DNA of 64,000 nt from Octopus sinensis (lineage: Eukaryota), in contig NC_043006.1 in assembly GCF_006345805.1 (NCBI RefSeq), forward strand, positions 31,000,001 through 31,064,000, given 5' to 3'. The notes below the pieces were generated by a model. That model saw only the letters and a list, made by a program, of their open reading frames with translations. It did not search any database and was not told the DNA's origin. The first letter of the stretch is position 1. Every line of letters starts with the position of its first letter. Below, piece after piece: positions 52,740-64,000 of this stretch. The position numbers were made by a program, and so were the translations under genes.

Positions 52740-53163
52740 TTCCTACCCATTCATCCTGTCCAATCCTCTGAAATGCTTCTCTAAAGAAGAGCCTCCATTA
52801 CCAAAGTAGACACTAAAGCTTGGGACAGGCCTCGAGATCGTCGGCACATGTGTGCGTTTATACATAAACACACACATCCAGATCTAAACACACACACACA
52901 CATAGCCACTGATTATTACTATCACTTTCATATGTTCAAATACATTTTGTTTTTTCAAAAAAGCCAAACTGTTTCAAATATCTTTCCTAGTTTAATTCAC
53001 AGCCACTAAAAACAGGTAGAGATGCTAAAATATTTTAGGAAAGCATTCCATAGCTCCATCATCAAAGACTGTCACATGATTTTTAACAAGTTAACATTTT
53101 AATTCTATTATTTGGTCCATTATCAGCAATTACATCGACAGACAGCATTACCATTTTTTTTTT

Positions 53164-53681
53164 CTAAAGGAAATTCATTTCAAGCTGTGCAACATGAGAG
53201 AAAGCACTTGCAAGTTTTTTGGGGTTTAAAGCATGGAATTGGTTCAATGTGTCCTCCATGTCTTGAAGGCATGTTTCTTCTAACATTTGAAGCATGTCAG
53301 TCTTTTGCTGTGCCAGTGGCCCCCCACTTGCAAGCAAAGATTTCAATTTCATGTGACTTTTATAAAGTTTGTGTTTACGATCAACTTCTTTCTGGAAACG
53401 GGGTTTCTGATGGGCAGGATCATCGTCCCCATAAGACGGAGATATACTGGGGAGATCCACTTCCTGGCTTTCAGAAGAAAATATAAATGGTTTGAAAATA
53501 CTTGTCTTTGGATTTGGTGTGGCAGTAAACCAGTGGCAAGAGCCACTGAAACTACTGGCCCCTTCTTGTGGACAAAGCAGAGATATCTGGCTGCTGGCCG
53601 TGACAAATTGGTCTCTTGATATATTGATGCCTATGGCATCTTTTCGAAGATGTTTGAAAGAATTTCGAGGATTTAAGGGTT
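53164..53681 (-). CDS. SCRN: Secernin terminal exon: ...HWFTATPNPKTSIFKPFIF...SPSYGDDDPAHQKPRFQKEVDRKHKLY...EMNFL*
   Basis: ctttcag|aa ccc; 518 nt to TAG; the five exons total 1278 nt (425 aa), the typical secernin length. Confidence 0.94.
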
Positions 53682-53757
53682 CTGAAAGGAGAAAATAAAT
53701 TGAAAGATTTTTTTATTACAAAAAAAAAAAAAAAGAAAAAAAAAAGCTTAATTAAAG

Positions 53758-54734
53758 CTACAGTTCTATATTTAAGAAATGAGGAATTATGTACATTATT
53801 TACATTTGACGGATATTTGTCCTCATCTTGTTTGTTGTTAACACAATGTTTCGGCTTATATTGCCTCCAGCCTTCATCAGGTGTTTTGGGGGTAATTTAG
53901 AACCTGGGTTCTCATTCCTAAGGTATTTTTTGATATTATTATTATTATTATTCAGGTCACTGCCTGGAATTGAACTCTTTTCCTATCCTTCCTTAATACT
54001 GGTTCCTATATGCTGCTCTTATCTGCACTCGGTCTGCTTAGGAGGTTGTCGTATCCTAGCATATGTGCTGCTTCTTTTAGTTTTCGTATTTTCCAGTGGT
54101 GTTCTCTGTCTATTATTTTAACTTCATCCCACAGGAGGAGGAGGTCTTCATTTTTCCACACATAATCAGCTATACCTGATTTATCACAGCTTTGAAATGT
54201 TCCTCTACCTTTATTTTGAGGGGGCAGCATGTTTCGCCTTTGCCTACAAAAGTGAAAATGCCGCCCCCTCAAAATAAGGGTAGAGGAACATCGCAAAGCT
54301 GTGACACGAGGAGATATTAATAAATCGGGTATAGCTGATCATGTATGGAAAAATGGAGACCACCTCCCACTGTGGGATGAAGTTAAAATAATAGACAGAG
54401 ACCACCACTGGAAAATACGAAAACTAAAAGAAGCAGCACATATGCTAGGACACAACAACCTCCTAAGCAGACCAAGGCAGAAGGATAGGAGAATATTACA
54501 TTTATAAGCCCTAAAAAATTCACTCCATAATTGCCCATGGGCATATGGCGTAGTGGTTAAGAGCACAGGTTACTAACCCCAAGATTCATAATATCAAAAA
54601 ATACCTTAGGAATGAGAACCCAGGTTCGAAATTACCCCAAGACACCTGATGAAGGCTGGAAGGTATATGAGCTGAAACGTTGTGTTAACAACAAACAAGA
54701 TGAGGACAAATATCTGTCAAATGTAAATAATGTA
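53758..54734. mobile_element. Penelope-like element, fold-back insertion: two inverted 3' fragments, each with GIY-YIG C-terminus, partial tRNA-like head and hammerhead
   Basis: Arms meet at about 54243-54246. The right arm encodes CRPLKIRVEEHRKAVTRGDINKSGIADHVWKNGDHLPLWDEVKIIDRDHHWKIRKLKEAAHML, typical of the PLE GIY-YIG C-terminal half; the left arm has the inverted copy. Confidence 0.85.
54641..54686 (+). ncRNA. Minimal type I hammerhead ribozyme (PLE type) with intact core
   Basis: gacac CTGATGA a ggct ggaaggtatatg agct GAAA C GT T gtgtt: stem I gacac/gtgtt, 4-bp stem II, palindromic AACGTT in place of stem III, GUU cleavage triplet. Confidence 0.75.
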
Positions 54735-56839
54735 AAATTAAAACTATTTGATGTCTTATATAGATTCAGAATTAATGTAATTAAGCAAACATAGTATATT
54801 ACTGATATTTAATGACTCTCAATTGTGGAAATATAAAAAGCAGAAGTTGAAGTCCTTGTTTGAACATAAAATCATGATTTACACAAATTCATTAAATGCA
54901 ATTAAAGTCTGACATTGACCAGCATTATGTTGTGTTACAAGACATAATTCTCAGTGATTGAATTTCTCCTCACAGTGGTACTTATCATTACCAAACATTG
55001 GCAACACTGCAAAAATGATGACCAGGAAAGACTGTTGAAGAACTACAATCAAAATTGTGATAAACTAGAAATAAAGAGCAGCTCTGTGAGTCCTTGAGAT
55101 TCAGGAAGGATTAGATTTGGTAAATTCTCACTGTTTCAGTTAAATTTCTTGAGGGAAATTAATGTTCATTGTAAAAATATTTGCAGGCAAACAAATATTT
55201 GCTCCATTATTTGTAAAAATGGAGCAAAGAGAAAAACAAATAAATGCAGGCAGGAAATGGCCAAGTGGTGGAGGTTATTGAAAAACCATTTATATACATT
55301 AATCCACAAAGAAACATGCACATCAGTGAAATCAGAAAAAGTTTTGTTTGTAAATAAAATTTGCTTAGGAAGCTAAGAACAAAGTGCATCTCAAGCAAGT
55401 GGTATTTCTTACCTACAACATATCTTCCAACCAGCCCTTCCCCACCCCCTCTATTTCTGTCCACTCCTTACAACCCCTTCCCTTCACCTATCATTCACCC
55501 TAACCAATCCTTTGTTCCACTTGGCTCCTTGTAACTTTACTGTAGAAACCCCATCACATTTTCTCCCATCTTCATGATCCTCTTTCAATCACTTCTCTCC
55601 CACTGAGGGAGCCATGTATCTCTCTTATTACAAGACACCCATTTCCCTCCTCCCTATTCATATGCTAACATCCCATCACCTGGAACAAAGCCACCTCCTC
55701 CCACTCAGTTGAGGGGTCTTGTGACTTCACTGCTGCTGGTGCCATGTAAAAATGCACCCAATGCACTCACTCTGTAAAGTGCTTGGAATTTCGGAAGGGC
55801 ATCCAGGTGTAGGAACCAATGCTAAACCAGACAGCAGAGTTTGGTGCAGTCCCCTGAAGTAGAGGCCGTGTTAAGTGGGAGATAAATTCCACCTTTTGGT
55901 CTTAATACTGCCTCTGTTGCTATTATTTGTTAGTGATAGCATTTTCACACATCACAGACAAGTTATCAGTGATTGAATTTCTCACAGTGAAGAAATTCTT
56001 TAGAGGAGACAAATATGTGAAGTGCCATTTCGATATCATCCTGGCTTCTGAATATCTTTTTTTTTTTTACTGGTAAAGTATTTAAATGACAGAAATAAGT
56101 AAAAACCTAATGGTGCTAAGTTTGGAGAGGGGTGAGGTAGAGCTTGGGTTATCTTGTTGAACACACTGCTACATTCTCAGGGGACAGCCCCTGAGGTACC
56201 CACTTCTGTTCTCTAAAAACTTTTTCAAATCTGCTTGAGATGATCTTGCACAGTGGACCAAGGCCTATTAAACCTCTGGAATAATTCCCCGATGCTTTGA
56301 CCTGGATCCTCTTCAATTGCTGCTTTCCATGTGTCATTATTGAGAACAGTTGATCTCCTTGATTGATATTCATCCAAAAGATCAAAATCGCTGTTTTTTT
56401 TTCTCTTTTAAATATATTAAATCACCTTTGGCATTTCTGAAAACTCACACCGTCAGGTTATATATGGAACATATGTTTTTTCTGGCATGCGTTGCATTGT
56501 TATCCTTAGGAAATCCTGAAAGCATGCAATACCAAATATGCAATGAACCAGTTTTTGTCTTCCATGGCTCGTTTCATATAAAACATACACACACACACAC
56601 ACACAGCATGTGTCTACATTGACATTTGGTTATAAACTCTATGCTGATTGGTTGATTACTAGGGCACCTTTGATTGGCTTGTAAACTATTTGTGTTATGA
56701 TGTCAGACTGTTAAATTGAAAATATGACATTACTTTCCGGTACCCCTAATACTTATAGAATCTTGTAGGAAATGTGAAATAGGTAGAAATTGCGAAGAAT
56801 ACCATCCATTTAATAAATAAATAAATATTAGTTTCTTAC

Positions 56840-57040
56840 CTGCAACGATCAGCTCCTCTGCTTTAGAAATTTCTGCATCAATTGCAGGTGCATTATCAGG
56901 TGTAAATACTTTTGCAAAATTAAATGGTCCATCAGATTCTTGATAAAGTCCTGCTTCACTGACTTTAGCAATTAGATTCTCTGATGAGAGAGAGAAGTTA
57001 TCAGAGATGGTGAGGTGGCCGTGTATACTATACAATCCAG
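56840..57040 (-). CDS. SCRN: Secernin coding exon 4: GLYSIHGHLTISDNF...GPFNFAKVF...IVA
   Basis: tttcag|ct gga...gca g|gtaaga; 201 nt, phase 1/1; FNFAKVF resembles SCRN FNFSEVF. Confidence 0.9.
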
Positions 57041-58929
57041 CTGAAATGGTAAAAAGAGAAAAAAATAAAATGTTGGACGTTTCTAGAAAAACTCATTATA
57101 TTACCAACAGAATTTGATATAAAATTAAATTGATATTTTGCTGATTGTCTTTATTTTTTTTTCTGTTGATATTATTTAATATCTATGGATTAACTTTATT
57201 CAATAGACAAATAATTTGGTGTAAACAGACTCAAACACCCACACATCAGATGAGGTTCAGTACAGTTACCATCTACCAAACTATGTAAATATTTCAGTTA
57301 TATATGAGAGGTGTATATATATATATATATATATATATATTGTCAGTGGACCATATATCTTTGTTGGATACATAATCCACTGACAATCCACCATGTGACT
57401 TGGACACATGGTTTGTGTCTGATAGCTGCACTGCCACTATGTGCATCTACATGATCACAAAAGCCACCATCTCTTGGATAATATGGAACTTTACAACCTT
57501 GGTTATTCAACAAAAGGAGTTGTCTATAAGGCTAAGCACTTTGTGGATGCAAAACAATTAGTCACTCTATGACTGACCATATAATTAATTTCCTGTATAT
57601 ATATATGAAGATAATTTTACAATTTCGCTAAACCGAAAAATAAAAATAGGACTGTAGATGGAAGTGCTCAGGTAACATTGAGAGGGAAGGAAAAATAAAT
57701 TGAAAGGTATAATGAATAAACGCTGTAATTTGTCAAAATAACTTTATTCCCATATTATCATAAATCGAACATAAGTATATATTAAAAACATCAGGGCATC
57801 CAACCCAACAGTATAAAATATACACATATATACGAATAATAAAAGGTGATAAACTTAAAAGGTTAATAAGAATGAAGTTGAATGAAGGAAAATATATGGA
57901 ATAAATTAATGCATAATAAAAGCAACTAAAAATTTAAAACTAAAATATATAAATAAGGGAAATCCATTTCTATTCAGAATATTGCTGAAATATATTATTT
58001 TGGCAGTATTCTGGATGGAGATGGATTTGGAATGGACTCTTTTTCTGGTCATTGCTTTGTCCTTTCATCATCATCATCGTTTAATGCCTGCTTTCCATGC
58101 TGGCATGGGTTAGACGATTTGACTGAGGACTGGTGAGCCAGAAGGTTGCACCAGGCTCCAATCTGATCTGGCAAGGTTTCCACAGCTGGATGCCCTTCCT
58201 AATGCCAACCACTCCAAGAGTGTAGTGGGTGCTTTTTATGTGCCACTGGCACGAGGGCCAGTCAGGCAGCACTGGCAACGACAATGCCCTAATGTTTATT
58301 TTTATGTGCTACCAGCATGAGGGCCAGTCAGTCGGCTTTGGCAATGACCATGCTCCAATGGTTATTTTTACGTGCCATTGCCTTCAATTTTTAGTTGCTT
58401 TTAAAATGCATTAATTTAATCCGTTTATTTTTCTTCATTCGACTTCACTCATATTACTCTTTTAGGTTTTATCACCTTTATTTGTATATATGAGTATATT
58501 TTATACTGTTGGGTTTTATCATTGGGTGCCCTGTTGTTTTAATATACATATATGTTTGATTTATGATAATATGGGAATGATATAAAGTTGTTTTGGCATG
58601 GTCTTTTTATGACTGGATGCCCTTCCTAACAGCAACCACCCAGCAGAGTGGACTGAATGCTTTTTATGTGGCACCAGCACAGGTGAGGTCAGTTTTGGCA
58701 TGGTTTTTACAGCTGGATGCCCTTCCAAATGCCAACCACTTTACAGAGTGGACTGGATGCATTTTACATGGCACCACCACTGCCAGGGTTACCACTAACT
58801 TTGGCTGGAGTTGCTATGATCACAACACTAATAACTATTTTCTTTTTATTTAAAGCTTAATATGAAATTTCTAATAATGCTGTTTTGGAATATATTGACA
58901 GCGTTTGGGTAATTGGAACATCATCTTAC

Positions 58930-59144
58930 CTGTGACTTTCGCAGCTGCCCAGAAAGAACCATTTCCGACCGTTTCAACCACCCAGACTTCAGAACCATCT
59001 GTTATGAGGAAACTATAGCAGTGTTTACAGGAATGTGTGAAGGTAGGTATTTCACTGTAGGGGCCACTTTGACCATGTGTGGTCAGCAGAGATGTAAGGA
59101 CATCGACAGCTTCACGAGAACATTTGCTGCGTTCTAATGTCAAC
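58930..59144 (-). CDS. SCRN: Secernin coding exon 3: LTLERSKCSREAVDVLTSLLTTHGQSG...FLITDGSEVWVVET...FWAAAKVT
   Basis: ccttag|g ttg...aca g|gtaaga; 215 nt, phase 2/1. Confidence 0.94.
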
Positions 59145-59450
59145 CTAAGGGAGACAAAATCAATCATTAAACATCAAAAAAGAAGAAGAAAAAGATGAAA
59201 ATTAATTTGAAGGTGATTGTTTGGAGAAGGATTTTTTATATTTTCTTAAACAGGATGAAACTGAGGTGCTTTTCCCAAGATTATTAATTATGTGATGGAT
59301 ATGATCATGATAATGGGATTAGAGAGGATAGAAAATATTAAATAATGATGAGGATAAAAATGATAATGAGGTAGAAGCAATGGTAACAATGTCAAGATTG
59401 ATAGCAACAACTGTTGATAGTGGATACTGTCAGTGTTGGCATGACACTAA

Positions 59451-59647
59451 CAGCAATAATTGCTGACACTCACAGCAACAACTGCTGACACTCACAGCAA
59501 CAACTGCTGACACTGACAGCAATAATTGCTGACACTGACAGCAATAATTGCTGACACTGACAGCAACAACTGCTGACACAAACAGCATAATTACTGATAC
59601 TGACAGCAACAACTGCTGACATAGACAGCAAGAATTGCTGACACTGC
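59451..59647. repeat. 22-bp minisatellite, about 9 units, each a small hairpin (cagcaataattgctg or cagcaacaactgctg)
   Basis: Unit cagcaa(t/c)aa(t/c)tgctgacact(c/g)a repeated in tandem with no spacers. Confidence 0.9.
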
Positions 59648-59684
59648 TGATAACACAGAGGAATACAACAATGATAAAACTGAC

Positions 59685-59872
59685 CTGAGTAAATCAGCTG
59701 CCAGCAACTTTTCCTCTTCCCCCAGTTTCTCTTCCAGTCTGCTGTAGACTATGGAACTGCCAATACATACTCCATATTCATTAGCTCCCATCTCAGCCCC
59801 CCACATCCATGCTGCTTTGCTCAGTACCACACCATTTGTGTGGGAGGACTGGTCAATCTCTATAAGGCTGCA
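59685..59872 (-). CDS. SCRN: Secernin coding exon 2: [38 protein letters not shown]...LLAADLLR
   Basis: ttttag|tgc...ag|gtcagt; 188 nt, phase 0/2; [11 protein letters not shown] signature. Confidence 0.95.
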
Positions 59873-62339
59873 CTAAAAGTAAAGTTGAGAGCAAAATTAC
59901 AAGATTCTGTGGGATGTGTGATGGGGATTTAACAGATACATAAAAACAATTCTCTGCCACTCACAAATAAATGGTAACACACACACAAAGTAAATGGTTA
60001 TGCCATCGGTTTCAAAAACAGAGATTCCAGTTTTTATCTTACTTTAAACGACTGCCTTACTGAATTCTTGTGTGCCAGAATATTCAACTAATACTGGTAC
60101 TCTTCATGTAGCCCTCGGTCAGTCTCAGCATGACCCACTGTGTCTGTATTTGAGAAGGCTGGTTTCTTCACATACAGATACACTCCATCCAACAGGCTTC
60201 CACACAGTTTCCATTTAGACCCAATTTTACTCACAAACTTTCTGATTGACCTGAGGCTATGAAAGATGTTTTTCTGAGGCACAAGCAGGATCAAACCCAA
60301 GGTCTTAGGATTTTAACCCTTTATCATTTAAACTAGCTGTATCTGGCCCAAAGATTCTGTTTTATGTTCAAACTGGCCATATCAGACCTCTTCCACCTAT
60401 CCTACAATGTCATTCTAAAACTAAGCAATCATGTCATTGAAATCTTGAAGACTAGGAAAGAATACCAATAAATAAGCTTTGGATGTGAGAGAGAGGAATC
60501 GGGCAAGCTTCTTCACTGCTTAGCTGTGGCTGCACCTTCACACACACACAAAGATACACACACACATATACCATAGTCATACATAATACTTTCTGTATCT
60601 GAGAGAGAGAGAGAGCTGTTAGATGCCTGGCCTCACTGAAAGTCTGACAATGTCTTGGTCTGTTGTTCTAAATTTGGAATCCAAACAATGTTACAGTCGA
60701 TATAATTCAATCCTTTAGATTTATGCTTTCTAACACAGACCCTGAAGGGCTACGGTTGAATAAACAAACCCCAGTATTTGATAGGAGTTTATTTTATCAA
60801 GTCTTGAGAAAATGGAAGACAAACTCTACTTTGGTAAAGATTTCAACTCAGAATATAAATAATGCAAAACATTTTTCCTCTCACTCTTTCAGGATTCATA
60901 AAACAAATACCAGTGATACACTTGGGTTGTTTCTATTGACTTCTCTCTAATAAAGAATATCCTTGAGTGTTTTCAAGATGAAATAAAAATACTTCATACC
61001 AGTCTGATAAACAAAATTCAATTATTTGATTTCTCATCCATCAATGGATGAAAGGGATATGAATCTTACGAGAGGTTGAAAAGTCTTAGTAAAAAAAAAA
61101 AAGGAAGCAATCATCATCATTATCGTTTAACATCCATTTTCCGCGCTAGCACGGGTTGGACGGTTCGACCAGGGTCTGGGAAGCCAGGAGGCTGTGCCAG
61201 GCTCCAGTCTGATCTGGCAGTGTTTCTACAGCTGGATGCCCTTCCTAACGCCAACCACTCTGTGAGTGTAGTGGGTGCTTTCATGTGCCACTGGCATGGA
61301 AGCCAGTCAAGGTGGCGCTGGCATTGGCCACGTTCGGATGGTGCTTTTTACGTGCCACCGGCACAGAAGCCAGTCGAAGCAGCGCTGGCATCAGCCATGT
61401 TCGGATGGTGCTTTTTATGTGCCACCGGCACAGGTATCACAACTACTATTTCCATTGATATTTATTTCAATTGCAAAAAATAAGTTTGAGAATTGGTGAC
61501 ATAGGAAACCTCTCATTAGTTGATATTTTGCAGGTTAGGAGCAGGTTTCAAACAGCAGAGGAAGATTCTCTTCAACATCAACATTCCACACTTGTTTGTG
61601 TCTCATTGTTTGTATATCGAATGAAAGGAGGAGAGCCTTTGTAGTGTGGATGCTTTAATGGTGGTAAGAGTGCCACAGGAGAGGACTGTAAGAGAGATTC
61701 TTCATGCTGAGCCAACTGGCAGGGATCCTAAGGTTGGACCAAAAATGAGATGGCTGGACAGCATCCATTTGTGTTAGTTGGTCACATTTGGGAGTCCAGC
61801 CAGGAAATGTAGTGACCGTTGCTTCTGATAGAATCCTATGGAGGAGGTGCCCGAAAACTCCACAACTCTCCCAGGAATAGTTGGCAGAGAAAATGGATGG
61901 ATGGATGGATATACTGACAGCTAGACCTCATCAATGGTTTTTTTAGATAACTTTTTACCTTTACATTTTGAAAGTATTCATTTGACAAATAAAAAATTTG
62001 GATTGTATTATTTTCTTCCCTTCAACAGTCTCAAGGAAAAGAAGCAAACTATTTTAAAAGACTCCCTATTTATTCTGTGATATGACCCAGTGAACACTCC
62101 ACACGAGTTGAAGTGATCCAGTCAAGTAGGGAGATAATATATTGAAATAGCAGATTATTATAATACAGAGAGGCTTAGACACATTGAATCAGTAAGACCA
62201 CCTAAGTCAGCAATTTGATTTCTGTGTCAAGTACTGTGTTTTGTGTATGATCAATGCACTTTCTGTGCCTCATAATTGTAAATATGGACCCCAACAGACT
62301 AGAATGACTCACTTAGTTAAACATGACAAACTCTGAAAA

Positions 62340-63310
62340 AAAAAACCCAACAAATGTTCCTGATGCCTACAGTGTCCTCGGCCATATGCATCCCATGACC
62401 ATACTAGCACAGTCATCTCTCTTGCACACCACATCTGATGCTTCTTATTCACAATTTTTCTCTAAAGACGCTGTCAGACATGCACACTGACATTGCACAT
62501 CCAGCAGTGCATGCTACCTTCATTTCTTTCAAGCCTTTGCATGTCCTCTGCAGTCACAGCCCATATTTCACTGCCATGTAGTATGGCTGTCCACACTCAT
62601 CATACAATCTGGCTTTCACTCTGAGGGAGACATCCTTTTTACCAACAAAGGTAGGACCAAAAGCTCTCTGAACTTTGCCCAGCCTATTCTTATTCTCATA
62701 GCTACACTCTCAGAGCATCCCCCTCCACTGCTGACTTGACCACTTAAGTAACTGAAGCTATTTACTACTTCTTAGTATCCCTCTGGGTATTTGACAAAAT
62801 CTATTTTCTGTACATTTTTAGTGTTTATTGTACCTATTTACCTGCCACACACAAAGACTACTTTGTTAACCTTCCTCTGATATTGCTGTACCGCTTAGGT
62901 GTCTAAAGTTTGTACCAGGTACACCTTATCGAGTTTCCTACCTACACCTTTTTTACATGTCAAGCAAGGCCATCCATCTGAAGGGATTTGGGATTTGTCT
63001 GTTTTCTTATTTACTAAGACTTTGGTCTTTGCTAAATTAACCCTAAATCCCTTTCATTCCAGACCTTGCTTCCACACCTGAAATTTCTTCTCTAGTTCTG
63101 GTAGTGATTCAGCTATAAGAACAAGGTCATCAGCACAGAGGAGTTCCCAAGGGCAGCCCATCTTAAATTCCTCTGCTATAGCCTGGAGAACTATGATGAA
63201 CAAGATGGGGCTGAGAACCGATCCTTGGTGAACTCCTACCCTGAATTCACTACTATACTTGTTGCCAACTTTCACCCTGCTGACAGCATCCTTGTACATG
63301 ACTCATACAG
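62340..63310 (-). mobile_element. RTE-clade LINE reverse transcriptase fragment, frameshifted
   Basis: MYKDAVSRVKVG...GVHQGSVLSPILFIIVL...ELLCADDLVLIAES (QG..LSP and YADD-like motifs). Confidence 0.85.
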
Positions 63311-63417
63311 CTCTCACCAATACATACATACAAACACACAAACCTATATGCACGCACACACACACACACACACACAGAGTAAAACCCAGAGACAGAAACC
63401 ATTTTTCTTTGACTTAC

Positions 63418-63573
63418 CCTCAGTTTCTCTCCTGTCTTATGTTCTTTGGCTGGAACATAGACGACTTCTTGTACTTCATGTTCAGGACGATTAGAGTTTT
63501 TTCCAAAAATAATTTTGCCCGTTTCAGTAACTGGGGGTTGTGCAACAAATACATAACTAGCACACTCGGTCAT
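63418..63573 (-). CDS. SCRN: Secernin coding exon 1: MTECASYVFVAQPPVTETGKIIFGKNSNRPEHEVQEVVYVPAKEHKTGEKLR
   Basis: aaagATG at 63573; acceptor ttccag at 63597 implies an upstream UTR exon; donor agg|gtaagt; FVAxPP, GKNSxRP and EVQEVV secernin motifs. Confidence 0.93.
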
Positions 63574-64000
63574 CTTTGAGGGGAACGGAATGATACCTGG
63601 AAATGGAGTTGAGAACTTACAGAACAGAGATACTGGTGGAATATGATTAGTGCAAATAATTCTACTAATTGTACTTTTTCTACTAATGGAGAACTTGGAT
63701 TGAAAAATATATTGTGTCTGTGGTAAGAAGTTTGTTTCCCAACCACATGATTCTGGGTTCAGTCCCACTGTGTGGTACCTTAGTCAAGTGTCTTCTACTA
63801 TAGCCTCACATATATGTGCATGTGTGTGTGTGTGTGTGTACCCCACCGTTGTTTGACAACTGGTATTGGTGTGTTTACATCCCTGTAACTTAACAGTTCA
63901 GTAAAATAGAATAAGAGCAAGGAGCAAGGTTTAAAAAAAATTAAGTCCTGGGATTGATTCACAGAACTAAAGAATTCTTCATCTGCAGATTTTACTGTAT

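Noticed and set aside
59451-59647. Short palindromic repeats as a CRISPR array
   Set aside because: No spacers; contiguous 22-bp minisatellite in an intron

Overview
AT-rich, microsatellite- and SINE-dense animal DNA; the repeat content fits an octopus or other coleoid cephalopod (inference). There are two convergent spliced genes. (1) On +, a ZMYND11/BS69 orthologue: 11 coding exons from 16726 to 42164, all GT-AG and in phase, encoding bromodomain, zinc finger, PWWP, coiled coil and MYND. I did not find its N-terminal/PHD exons, which probably lie upstream of the window. (2) On -, a complete 425-aa secernin (peptidase C69-like) CDS in 5 exons, 63573 to 53164, with Ser at the catalytic Cys position. 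Most ORF-track entries are repeat artefacts. The main discovery is a Penelope-like retroelement family whose 3' region reads GIY-YIG endonuclease, then a tRNA-derived Pol III head, then a minimal hammerhead ribozyme. All three insertions are head-to-head fold-backs (2006-2476, 37252-37707, 53758-54734), and two are ORF-less units with one arm starting at the tRNA head. Also noted: further hammerhead motifs in a ZMYND11 intron and downstream of its stop codon, a candidate 6-nt microexon, a perfect 56-bp hairpin, a nested-hairpin MITE-like element, a VNTR-bearing RTE-tail repeat and a hairpin minisatellite beside a splice donor. All coordinates were read by eye, and repeat boundaries are approximate.
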